Source: Folioceros fuciformis | Lineage: Eukaryota | Reading direction: 5' to 3' | Length of the DNA stretch: 36,601 nt | Assembly: GCA_049999805.1 (NCBI GenBank) | Contig: JBNGIO010004149.1 | Coordinates: forward strand, 1 to 36,601 | Shown here: piece after piece, positions 12,220-24,467 of the stretch | Layout of the letters: each line of letters begins with the position of its first letter | Position numbering within the stretch: position 1 is the stretch's first letter | Notes under the pieces: generated by a model | What the model was told of the DNA's origin: nothing | The model's input: only the letters and a program-made list of their open reading frames with translations | The model's database searches: none | Translations under genes and position numbers: made by a program

Positions 12220-15200
12220 TAAGTTGTATATTGACTGCTACAGGAATCCAGCGTAGGCTGCTCACTCCGCCCGAGCTTGGCTTTATGTCTGTAGGCGATA
12301 ATCGATGCACGATCCTGTCAGGCTGGAAAGTGTTTCTTCTACCTCCTCTCTCAGGCTGGGTGACCTGCTCATCTTAGATTTAATGGTGCCTTGCCTCGAG
12401 AACTCTCTAGCGCCAGGGCAGCAAGTTTCCAATTAGCATTCCAGCTTTCTGGATCCAACAACCCCGTCAGGCTATCACCGTTCAGAGACGAGCCCATTTC
12501 ATCTCGTTGCTTGCGCACAGGATCTTACAAGTGCCGAACTACTGTACGTTGGAGACTGCAATCCGAGTATCACCAAACTACCGTATGTGTGATCTGACAT
12601 AGGCTGACACTTTGTCAGAAGTACCCGGCTTGTTCACATGCATCAATGAGAATCAAGGCTGTGATGAGGAGCATCCAAATTGGGTGCAACCAAGTCACAA
12701 TAAAGCCTGAGATGAAGAACTTGAGGGGTGGAGTTGAGACTCGGCTGCCAGTGCCTTCGCTTTGCTTTAAATGCAAGCATCTCCGTTGCTCTCCTAGTTG
12801 CTTTCTATTGTTGGTCTGACTGTGGTTCGAAGGATCGACTCCATGGTCCTCATCAACACTTTCGATTGGCTTTGGATAAGACATGGCTAACGTTTGGGCG
12901 ACCCGTGCTCTCACCAAGCAGCCAAGCACAGAGGATGAAGATCGGTTGCAAGCATTGAGAAAGCAGAGAGGCCGTCACATCCGGAGGAGATTCTCCCACA
13001 AGAAAACAAACGGGTGCGCAGAAACTGTGTGGCGGGTGAAGGACGGGCGCGGCTTGTGCCGGCGTGGGTTGCGGTAGGTAATAGACGGCGGAGGGCTGAT
13101 GCTCACGCTCACGAAGGAGAAAGGATTTTCAGGTTCCCATCTCCTTTTACAAAGCTTCACGGATGCAACCATGGCCCATGGGCTCCACTGCCCGAAAGCA
13201 GCCAACCACCCCACCCACGCCATGTACAGTGAATCCCGCACAACTCCTTCAAGTTCTTATCACACAGATACTTACACACAGGAAAGATGATCGCATCGCA
13301 TGCATGCGGTGGAGTGTGATGTGAGTAGAAACAGTGGTAGCGTGGGAGGCGACGTGCGTTCACGTTGTCTGTTTCAAGCTCGCCCCGCATGTGCGAAGGA
13401 GCGTGTGGGAGAGATGCTGCAGTGGCCCTTCATCCAAACCGGTCCGGAGGAAGCTGGAGGCTAGAGCTGGAGCAGTTGACTGTGCCCTGCAGGCTGCCCT
13501 GGGCCCGACCCCTACCCCGACCCCAACCCCGACCCTGCTTTGGGCTCCGCCTCCGGGATTGGGAGGTTTGGAAGTTTGGATGTTGGTGGTTGACAGTTGA
13601 TGTAACAGTCTCTCTCGATCCGCTCAGCTCCGCACCACTGCGCTCGCCTGTGGGTAGATAGATACAAGACGCAACAACAACAGTACGTCCATACGTTGTG
13701 GTGAAGAAAATCCTGGATCTCAACTGCACCCCTTCAATCCAAAATCAGCTCCATGCGTGCTGTGGGTGCGACTATCTGACATGAAATCCCGGACAGGCTT
13801 TGGGTCAGCGAGAATGCTGCTCCTGTGCCCAGTTGCAGCAGACTCCAGAGCCCAGTGGGCTTCGCCAGAGGCCAAGGCAGCCTGAATGTGGCTACAGTGC
13901 CACCACGCTCTCCCTTCACCCATTCAATCCTCCCCTATTGATCCACCCGACTCGCCTTATTATCTCCCATCCCTGCAAAAGGTGAAGACAGACCTGCACC
14001 CGAGTTGTGGTCGCAGCAGCTTCATCAGTTCTCTGTTACCACACTTATGGCGACCCATCTGGGATTTATGACACCGGCCTGAGAACGGGCCTGGAGGGAG
14101 TGAGGCGCCATGAATGCCGGCACGCCAGGCCCAGGCCCGTTTCAAGCCCATGGCCAGGCCCAGGCCCATTGCCAGACCCAGGTCCCAGAATGTTCTTTTG
14201 CGCAGAGTCCCTCATCTGGAAGCAATGCCGAAGAAAGGGCACTGCTTTTCCCTTTTCCCTTTTCCCTTTTCCCTTTTTCTCCCTTCACCGTTTCTCCCTC
14301 CCTGTTGCGAGACGTCTCATAAGCATGTGTGAGCAAGCCCATCACGCCATATGCACATGCTATCACTTGTCGCTTCTCGCTGTACTCGAGGGAGCTTTGG
14401 CGGGCCGTCCCTGTCCCGGTCCCGTTCAGTCCAGTCCAGTCCCGTGCCGTATCGTACCGTACCGTTGGGCCCCACCCCCCGTTGGCCGAGGCCTCCGTAC
14501 GCCGTTCCCACCATCCAAACCAGTTCCCCGGCCGATTGCGTCAAAACTGCAATGAGTGGCGAATGGGCCCTCTACTGCCCTCCCTTGCCGGAAAACGATA
14601 AAACGCAATATGAAAAACCCTAAACTCGGCCCGGACCAGGCCACGCCAAGCCGCCGGTGTCCGCGGTCCGGCGACAAGCTGGGCCCGGACAGGAGGCTCC
14701 GGCCTGACATGGGCCGAGTCCCATGCATCATGATGGCGCAACTGGAACCAGTCAGGCGAAACTGGTGCCACTGGCTGCCTTGGTGCCATCAAGTGGGCAC
14801 CTGCCCGTCCTGGCACTGCGCCGCGAATCGCTTCTCTCAGGAGCCAGTTGCAGCTCGCAGGCGTGCCTGGCTCCCTCCTGGTCGGCCCGAGACCCACAGC
14901 CCACAGTGGCACGCACAAACAAAGTATTTTCACCAAGCCGACAGCGTTGCCCAAGTCATCAATCCATGTCATCACCATAGCCTGGAACTGGGCCTGGAAG
15001 TTGGAACTGGCAGGCAGTTGAAGCCTGGCCCTCCAGGCTGCGGCAGGCACCAGGCACCAGGCAGTGCGCTTTAACCCAAGGCAGTTATGCAGCTTGCACG
15101 CAACAATGAGGGATTGGTGATATGCTATCCTCATTAGGCGTGTAGAGTTGCAGTCTGTGTGTGCGGATGGGATGGAAACTGGTTTCCTTGCAGCTCCGTG

Positions 15201-15790
15201 CTCAGCACTCGTCTCTAAGAAGAGGATGGGCTGTACAAATTTGCCTGAAGGTTATGGAAGTTGGGAGGTACAGTCATATTGGTCGGGAAGAGTCGATTTA
15301 CGGGACTCACTGTCCGGCATTGATTAGTTGATAGGGTGTTGCAGGTGCTCATGCAACCACCCAGTCGAATGTTTTCTTCATACCGCAAGTGTAGGTGACA
15401 ACTAGGCCGATTCCTTGGGTACTGGAAAATACTCTTGAAATTTTGTGAGTGGGGGACTTTTTGCAGCTTCTCACATCCCGAGAAAACAACTGTGTCAAAT
15501 GAGATCTCAGCAAACTGCGAAGTGGTTGTTGTTAACAGGCAAAATAAGAGTACAATACTGTCGTTGTTCTGCGGGATCTGAATTTGATTCTGGCCCGCAG
15601 CCTGCTATCAAAGCTTTTGGAACAGTTTAACCAATAAGGTGGTGGGATGGTCCTACGGACAGACCATATCCAGTCACATGTTAGTGTTGTATACAAGGAG
15701 CTGCGGGCAGCTCTAAAGCGCTCGCCTCGGCTGCTCTTCGGTAATAAAGTACAAGAAGTTGGTGCAGAGGCAGGACAACAAGATCAGCAA

Positions 15791-16923
15791 TTATCCGCGA
15801 AACTGCCTTCCTTCGTAAGTGGTCCCGAATTTCCAGCCAGCAGGGATGACGTTGGGGCTGTTGCAGAATCTCTTGTCGCTGGTGATAACCTTGATGGAGA
15901 AGGATTTGCCATCCAGGTAGTCGTCGTTCTCCCAGTTCTGTCCCCAGTTCCTCCTCAAGGCCTTCCAAGAAGAGCCAGAGCCGACTTGGATGTAAGCTTC
16001 CCTCACGTCTCCTACCCCTCCCACGTTCGTGATTAGAATAAGGTTGAAGTAGCTGTGGCCGTTGATCTGAAACTTGATGCCTCCTTCTTTCACGCACTTC
16101 ACTCTGGGAGACAAAGCGCCGCACAACATTCAGCAAGCCGGTTGCAACAGAAGTTGCAAAGCGTAACAAATCATCAGAATATTGTTGTAACAGTGGTCTG
16201 ATGACACCGTTGAGCTGCAGCAAACGATCAAGCGTACCTGCGGTAGTTGACAGGCACAACTCCAGTGACCGCAGCGGCCATCCTGGTGAAAGCTGGCTGG
16301 GACAGATCGAAATGCACTCTCGGCGCGTTGCACCAGCCGCCGGTCGATCCTTCCGGACAATAATTGGTGGCCGTGACAACAATCTTAGGCGCACCGGAGA
16401 AGCATCCGCCGGTACATTTGAGCTGATAGCAGGCTCCGCAAGTTTCTCCTCCCCCGAACAGAGCCGAGCTGAGAGCAGCGGTGTTGGTACCGTAGCCTTG
16501 ACTGTAGAGATTTCCATACCCGCACGCTCCGCCTGTAACACGAAATTCAACAAGCCTTAGGATGTGAGCTCGAAAGCGACAGACATGCAAACAAGCATCC
16601 ACATCGATTGACACTGTCTGTTGCACATATTGTCAAGACGCAGGAAACGTTCTTAGAACGTTTGCTGCACTCCCTCGACAAAGGAAAAAAAAAATGCTGC
16701 AGGGAAGATGCCCAGCGACAAATGCTGCACATGAAATCCATCTCCACGTTTCGTGCGTCTCCACCAGCTCATACTCACCGTTGGTCTCCGCCGCGTCGGA
16801 TCCTCCATAGAAAGTAGCATGCGCCACTCCCTTCACCCAAGGGTAGCTGATTTTGCCGTGCACTATCCGGCAACTGACAAAAAATAGAGCCAAAACCAGC
16901 TGCAAGGAGCTGATTCCTGCCAT
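15791..16923 (-). CDS. EXPA: Alpha-expansin (gene 2), short form without extension; exons 16923-16779, 16532-16238, 16103-15791 (250 aa)
   Basis: [15 protein letters not shown] signal; [41 protein letters not shown]. Donors GTGAG/GTACG with CAG acceptors; spliced length 753 nt is in frame. Confidence 0.96.
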
Positions 16924-17500
16924 TGAGCTCGAGGAGTGGATGGAATCCGTTCGGTAAGGCGTCGACAAAGCTAAAGAAAGCTGGAAAAATTCTGAAATCC
17001 AGCACGAGAGCACAGCAGAGCAATGCTCCAGGACTGGAGCTCCGAAAACAAGAGAAGAACTGAGAATGGAGACGAATTTGACGAAGACGGAGGGACGTGC
17101 AGTGGGTTGGGATGGGAAGGCAAGCAGCCGCAACTTAAAAGGCCGCAACTTCCCGTGTGTAAGGAAAAAAAGAGACGATAACAAAAGAGGCTTTCGCAAA
17201 AGAGGGTGGTGAGTGAGTGGGCACAACGGAACGGGCCCGCAGCGTTGCGCCGGGCCCAGGCCCGTTTAGGCGTGCCTGACACCTCGCCCGCTGCTCCCGC
17301 TGGTGGTCACATGCCGTAGTTGCCAACCCTGGTAAGCATCCGGTTGACTCGTCCCCGAATGATGCAAGCCCACCAGGCGGAGCACCAGAATGTACTGTAC
17401 TCTCAATCCCGTGTGGAACACTGGAAACAAATGTTGTCGTGTGGTCTCGTGGCGTGTAGATTTGTTAGGAATCGAGACGCGAATTTTGGCATCCGGGTAG

Positions 17501-17504
<4 letters not shown>

Positions 17505-17534
<30 letters not shown>
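17505..17534. repeat. (TG)15 microsatellite
   Basis: Read directly from the sequence. Confidence 0.98.
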
Positions 17535-17537
<3 letters not shown>

Positions 17538-18869
17538 AAATGAGGAGCATTTTTCGAATAAGAAAAAGGCTGACAGATTACGAGTACGTAATGGGAATTG
17601 GAGGGGACGAGACTGACAGAGCACCGACAAGTGGGACAGGGCCCGGCCAAAGGGCACAAAAGAGGGCAAGAAAGCAGCGGCCCGAAAGGGGCTGCAAGCC
17701 ATCATCATCCGGGCAAAGGCTCCAATGATGGAAATGCAAAATGCGTTTGGCCGTAGGCTTGCTTGGAGCCGGGACCGGGCTGAGGGAGAAACCGACCCGT
17801 TCCCCCAGGCGCGTGTCCCCATGTCAGTGGGGCCGGGACCGGGACCGGAGCCTGGGCCCCGCCGGGCACTCAGGTTTTTTCCAGTCCTTGTCAGTGGGAA
17901 CGTGGTAACGCTCCAAAATGGCAAAATTATAGGGGGTTAGGATTTAACCCGCTCGTGTGGCCTCGTGGAGCGGGATTCTGGTGGGCATGGCGTGTTGCAG
18001 GGCAGGGAATGGGAATGACGGATGGAGCGCTGGAAGGAACGCACGTTTCCGGGGCATGGAAACCAGAAACCTGCTTGCCCGCTTAACCAAACAGACTCGG
18101 GCGCTTGGCTTTCTGTTAACGGCTGTTAGGCAGTAGGGTACGCGGTTTAGCCGGCCCTAATCCGCGTAACCACCCCGGGTTTGAATCATGATGGTGGTAA
18201 CCGCTTTCCACCCAGCCATGTCATTTCACGTGGTGTTGCCCGTGGAAAGCCTTGTCGCTGGCCCGTCGTTTCGCCTCGCCCTTTTATCCCGCCCCGTCAA
18301 TCAAGACCGCCATTTACCGGTACCTGGGCGGTTACGGTAAGCGGGTCCCGCCGTGGCGGGCGCGGGAAAAGCGGTTAACCGCCGCGCTAAACCGCCACCC
18401 TCCCGGTCAATACCGGCCTCCCCTCGTTACCCTAATCAACGCCCCTTGCCCTTGCCATTGCCCTGTCTTGTATGCTCTCAAATCTCCCGCCATTTTATTT
18501 TGCACTAGGGTTAGGTTTTCTTTGCTGCCCACTTCCCCTAGTGTACCAATCAAGCTAGTCTAATTATCTGTATGCAAACTTTAAGTCTCTATATGTGCAA
18601 CAATCTTCTAACTATGAACATACAAGGAAGGAAGGATGTGAATTAGGAGAGTGTTGTACAAGTGTGCAAGACACTTACATATCTTGCCGTTCTTTCTAGA
18701 AGTTAGTACATACTATGTCAGAACGCAACATGCTAGCTGTATTTAGTGCAAGGAGTTATAAGTGAAAGCAACTTGGGGCAAAGTGAGTCTCTTGGGTGGG
18801 TGGTATGCTAGTTATTGTGGCAGCTACTCCTACTAATGATCTGACGATTGAAGAAAACTGTTGGCTGCC

Positions 18870-19790
18870 CTTGATGAGAAGAGTTGTAGAAGTGTGTAAG
18901 TGTCAGTTGATGAGCTATGCCGTCCATTATTCCATACGCAGAAGTGTGTAAGTGTCAATTGATGGGCCATGCCGTCCATTATTCCATACGTGTGAGATTG
19001 CTAGGATTTTTTAGCTGATGTACTTGGGTGAGAAGAGTTGTGTAAGTTGATGGGCACTAGTTGTTCTATCAGCCGTGCTTCTCATTATATCCATTCATGT
19101 AGAGAGAGCATTGGCAAAGGCACTTGGTGATTATGAGGGTTGGCAGCGAGTAAGTAAGTTGATGGACACTAGACGCAGTGCCCGCCGTGCATCCTAGCGT
19201 GCCTTTTGTTTGCCATGCTAGCTTGCCTGCCATTGCCATTACATCCTAGCGTGCCTTTTGTCTGCCATGCTAGCTTGCCTGCCATTGCCATTACATCAAA
19301 TACGTTACATCAAATACGTGTGAGGTTGTAAAGAGAATTGCCTTGCCAGAGGCACTTGGTGATCAGAAGGACTGGAAGTGAGCAAGCTGATGGGCACTAG
19401 ACGTTCTGTCAGCCATGCCTTGCATTATATCAATAAGTGCGAGATTGTCAGAAAATTGTAGGTGGCATTTAAACATGTATGAGTTGAAGGAAGCAAGTCC
19501 ATGGTTCTAGCTACACCTCGAAGGTGGTAATGAGTAATGTGATATGTCTTCCTTTGACTCAAGTTGAGGCCTCATTCACACATGGTCTACATAGCTTCTA
19601 GCTACATAGCTTCTTCGGTGACATTTAAACATGTGTGAGTGGAAGGAGGCAAGTCCATGGTTCTAGCAACACCTCGGCCGCAAGTCCAAGGTTCTAGCTA
19701 CACCTCGAAGGTGGTAATGAGTAATGTGACATGTCTTCCATTGACTCACGTTGAGGCCTCATTCACACATGGCCTACATAGCTTCTACAA
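18870..19790. repeat. Nested local duplications inside a CpG-poor island (probable decayed TE)
   Basis: 52-bp duplications near 18888/18940 and 19190/19242; TTACATCAAATACG twice; ~19470-19600 repeated in ~19625-19790; recurring GATGG.CACTAG. Confidence 0.8.
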
Positions 19791-21060
19791 AATCCCACCC
19801 ACCATGAAAGAAAATACCCTTTCCCAAGTTTCTCGAGCCTGGGAGGTACCATGCATTGGACTTCAATTCCACATAGGGAGAATTCAAATCTAAACATGAC
19901 ATTCCAAGCCTAGGTTGATGAGAAGTAGCATCACATTGGGAATACTACCTCAGCATTAAGAAGCAACAATGAATGCTGATCAAACAGAGGAGAGAGCACA
20001 TTATCAAATCTCTTGGGTAGTGGAACCTGATTCTCATGCCAATAAATATCCTACCTGCTTCTGCTTCTGCTTCTCCTTCTCCTTCCGCTTCTCATTGTGC
20101 TTGCCGTCTTCCACTACTTGGGATAGGATACTGTAGTCGGGTGGGAGTGGGTTGCCACTCCCTTCTTGGGAAGGGCGCAAAGGCCATGGAATTCCATGTG
20201 GAAAACACAAGGGGTGGGCCAAGCTCAAATGTGCAATTTCCTCATGTGGGCCAACTTCCTCTCTGCCCAGCCCCACGCTGCACATGCCATGCATGCATGC
20301 CCGCCCATCTCCGTCCCGGACCAGGTCCCGTTACACCGGGCCCGGCCCATCCCATCCCGGGGCTGGTCATTTATTGTCGTCACCATACTTGTGGCCCAAA
20401 CACGGGCCGGGTTAGGCGCCGGATTGCGGGCCCGGGCCTGCACCCCTTCCCTTTTCAATAACAACTGGCTTCCAAAAACTCTTTCCCGGACGTGGTGGGA
20501 AGCCTGATCAGCCGGTCAAATGTCAGAGCCCGTTAACCGAGCCCTTCACACGATTCCATTATCCTCACATTTATGATACGATTAATGGACGATCCAGATC
20601 CCCCGGGCCCGCCGCTCGTCCTCTCGCACAGATAAGTGAGGTCACACAGCGCACTTCACGTAAAGACAAGGCGTGGCTGCATAAAGAGAAAGCAGGCACC
20701 AGACCAGGTTGAGTCGAGTCGAATCGAATCGAGCCCCGCTTTACCAAGATCACTATGCTCTACTGGGCCTGCCAAGCCCTAACACGAAAGCCCACCATCT
20801 TCGTGGGTCCGGGCCTGTTCGGCTCGGCGGATCGTTGAATCTCATTAAGTCGGGTATGTAATGGTAATGCTGTTGCAGTATCAATGTCGGACGTTAATTG
20901 TCGGGCATGAGCAGTCCAGTAATCTCATTTCCGGCCCATCAGTTGGGCATCGGATTCGATCCCGGCACTTAAACCTTTTTCTGTTCCCAGAGCCAAGCAC
21001 TAACCAACAAGCCACATCACGCAAGCCGCAATCCCGTTTCCCCGAATAGCACCTCCCTAG

Positions 21061-21085
21061 CCAGGCCAGGCCAGGCCAGGCCAGG
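21061..21085. repeat. (CCAGG)5 microsatellite
   Basis: Read directly from the sequence. Confidence 0.95.
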
Positions 21086-23382
21086 TAACTGCCGAGCCCG
21101 TTGACGCCGTGTTGTGGCCCGCGCGCCAAGCCCGGTTAAAACAGACGGCCGTCCCTCACCGCCGGATGGCAATGCCCGGCCCCATCTGACGCGCAGGAGT
21201 GCGGCAGCCCCCATATATTTTTATCACGGCCCGATTGTGGCGCAGGCCAAGAAGGTCAACCCGCGGCCGTCGACAGTTGCCCAAACGGAATTAACGACCG
21301 TCTGGCCCGGACGCGGCAGCCGTGGGATGGAAGCCGGGCAGCCGCAGCCGTCGATGCGCGTCATCATGCCGGACGGCCGCTACTGGCTACCAGCCTGCGT
21401 GTCCGGACAAACCAAGGGATTCTGACGCCGTCTAATTGGGCGGACGGAGGACAGGCCTTCCTTCGCCCGGGCCCGCGATCGGGGTCCCACTCGCTCGGGC
21501 CGGTAATGGCAGTTTTGGAAGTTGTCCTGCCCCGAGGCCGAGGCCCCACCTCACATGCCCCGCCTGCGACTGGTCCCGGATCCCGTCCTTCTCCCCGGTT
21601 TGTGTAGGTATTCAATGCTGGTATTGTGAGGGATGGGCTTCCGCTCCGGGCCACGCCACGGAGCTTCCTTTCAGCGATGGTCCCGACCCGTCCAGTTCGC
21701 GCGGACGGGACGGGACAGGACGGGACGGGTGTTGGAAACGAAGTGGTGCAGACCAACAGCGGCCCGAATCGGGCCGTGGTCCGGACTCCGTCATGCCCAT
21801 GTGCGTGCTCCTGTCTTCCGTGCCCAAAACAAGGGCAGTGTTTTTGCGTCCCAAGTGTTTGTATGTACGTACCCTACGCCGGGGCGGCCACCGGAAAGCA
21901 GGAAAGGAAAGGAAAGCTTCTTGTAGTCTCTCTGCATGTCGGTCCGAGAGAATTCCATAAACAGACTCTGCTTTGGGCCGCGAAGGAAGGGCGCTGGTTC
22001 AGTTCAGGGTACAGGAAGGGCGAGCGACGATGCACGTCTGTTTCTTTGTGGGTCGGGCTGCGACGTAGATTCCAGGCTCGGACAAGACGCGCGTCACTTC
22101 CCGTCGCATCACGGCCGGGACCTGAAGTCGCGAGTCACACGAGTCACCAAACACATCACCATAAACACGCACACGGCATGATCTGACGAGTTGCCTTTGG
22201 CGCTCTCTTCACAGCGGCCGCACCGAGGGAGGGGACTCCTTTGCTCTCCTCTGCTTGGCGTACCAACCAGACTGAGTACGTCAAACAGGAGGCTGGACCA
22301 GCCCGAATCGGGCTGGGCTGCGACTCCCAACGCCGCAATTGCAACCACCTCCTGCCAACTACTGAAATTCCGGCCTCACGAGCAGCCGTTGGTGCATTAT
22401 GCTGCTGCTGCTGCATGGCCCCGGTCGTGCGTCTGGCTGGCAGGGGTACTTCCCAACACCAGACTACCAGTGCAAGCCCGCAAGGTGAATTGGGTTGTTG
22501 TTAGGTCGGATCGGGAAGCCTGATCGGCGGCCCTTGGACAGGACGGGGCCTCCCTGCTTGGACGGGCCCCGATGTACACTGTGTGTGCAAACACGAGCCC
22601 CCTCGGCCCGGCAATGCATCCATCCTCCACCGCATTATACAACGCATTCCTGTACCGGTAGCCTGCTTCCTTTAACCGCTTCTTCCCTATTTCTCAACAC
22701 CCCATTCCGGGCTTCCTTTCTTCTCCTCTGCATCTCCCTCTATTCATAAGAGTCAGTCCCGTAGCGTAGAGTAAGTGCACCCCATCTTCACCCTCGCTGC
22801 GGTCTGCGTCGTCTGTGGTCCCATGGCAGCCCGTGTCCGCCGGGCCGGTCTCTACCTCACAGGCTCTGCTCCCGGACCGGCTGACACCGCTCCCGGCGCG
22901 ACCACGTCCAATCCTCCTCCTCTTCCTCCTCCTCCTCTTCGCCTGCCCTGCCCTGCCCTCCCCTCCCCTGATCTGGTCCAAGATCATCTGCATCGCCAAT
23001 CCAGAGCAGAGCAAATTCCTCATCGCCCATTCCATTGAATTCCTCTTTGCCGCAGTTGGCCCCGCTTTTGTCCGCACCTGCAGCTCCCCGCTCTCTCTCC
23101 TCTGCCATAGCCTGCCTCTCTCTGCGGGCCTGTGGCTGCTGGGAGCATAAAACGCCGGCCTCCGGCCATCAGTAGTACTCTGCATCTGCGAATTCGCCTC
23201 CGGCTCTCCTCTCAGGCAGGCCCGCATTGCAGCCTAGTTCTCGGCATTGCCGCTCCTGGCATCTTGCGACCTCCCGGTTTCCAGCTTTCAGCTTCAGCGC
23301 AGCAAGAACTCACCAGCAGCATTGCGGAGCTCGCTGCCTGCTCATTTGCAAGTTCGCTCTCCCGCCCTCTCCTCCCCCCGCG

Positions 23383-24467
23383 ATGGCGGTCCTGCAAGTG
23401 AGCGTTTTCTTGGCTGTGTTTCTCGCCGCGGCGGTGCAGCAGGGGGGGGCTGTGGGAGGCCATCCTCCCGGCGTGGGCCACCACGCTCCTGGAAAGGGCC
23501 ATCACCCTCCTGGAAAGGGACACCACAAGAAGGGGTCTCAGCCTGGGAGCAGTGGCGGGGCTCTGGGAAGCTGGAACAGTGCCCATGCCACATTCTACGG
23601 GGGGAATGACGCCTCCGGAACGATGGGTGAGTGTGGCCATCTCCCTTCCTGGAGCTGCCATCTTGGCTCGGACAGAATTGGTTCTCTTCGTTCTCGCGCG
23701 CTTTGTTTTCGCCTCTCCTTGTTTCTCACCTGTCTGCTCCATCTGCAGGCGGGGCATGCGGCTATGGCAACCTCTACAGCGAGGGATACGGCACCAACTC
23801 TGCTGCACTGAGCACTGCCCTGTTCGACAACGGGCTTTCGTGCGGAGCCTGCTTCGAGATAGCCTGCGACTCCTCCGGCACCAAGTACTGCCTCGGTTCC
23901 AACTCCATCATCGTCACTGCCACCAATTTCTGCCCGGAGAACCTCGCCCTCCCCAACGACAACGGCGGTTGGTGCAACCAGCCCCGCCAGCACTTCGACA
24001 TGTCCGTCCCCGCCTTCGACCAGCTTGCCGCCCACGTCGCAGGAATCGTGCCAGTGAAGTACAGGAGGTGGGTTTCTTGCCCTTCAGCCCTCTTTCGCGA
24101 GCAATGCGGTTGGAGGTTGGGTGTCTGACCTGGTTCTCCGTTTCTTTCTGTCGCTCTGCTCAGGGTGACCTGCGTGAGGAAGGGAGGCGTTCGCTTCCAC
24201 CTCAACGGCCACGACTACTTCCTGCTCCTGCTGGTCTCCAACGTGGGAGGAAACGGAGCAGTTCACTCTGTCTCGCTCAAGGCCGGCAATGGGCCGTGGA
24301 AGGCTCTGAGCCGGAACTGGGGCCAGAACTGGCAAGACAATGACTACATTACGGGCCAGGCCCTCTCCATTTCCATCACCACGGAGGACGGCAAGACATT
24401 GATCTCCAACAACGTCGCTCCAGCGGGATGGCATTTCGGGGACACCTACGAGGGCTCGCAGTACTGA
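23383..24467 (+). CDS. EXPA: Alpha-expansin (gene 3) with His/Pro/Gly/Lys linker; exons 23383-23626, 23749-24067, 24164-24467 (288 aa)
   Basis: [17 protein letters not shown] signal; [42 protein letters not shown] introns; spliced length 867 nt is in frame. Confidence 0.96.

Noticed and set aside
14864-14884. TGCCTGGCTCCCT matches the 5' 13 nt of miR160
   Set aside because: The 3' part does not match and there is no proper precursor stem; only an 8-bp GGAGCCAG/CTGGCTCC pairing, with the match on the wrong arm.
15681-16553. 290-aa minus-strand ORF
   Set aside because: Alternative-frame shadow across the exons and intron of expansin gene 2.
23552-24343. 263-aa plus-strand ORF (likewise 26620-27462 minus, 280 aa)
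   Set aside because: Off-frame overlaps of GC-rich expansin genes 3 and 4 with no independent domain.
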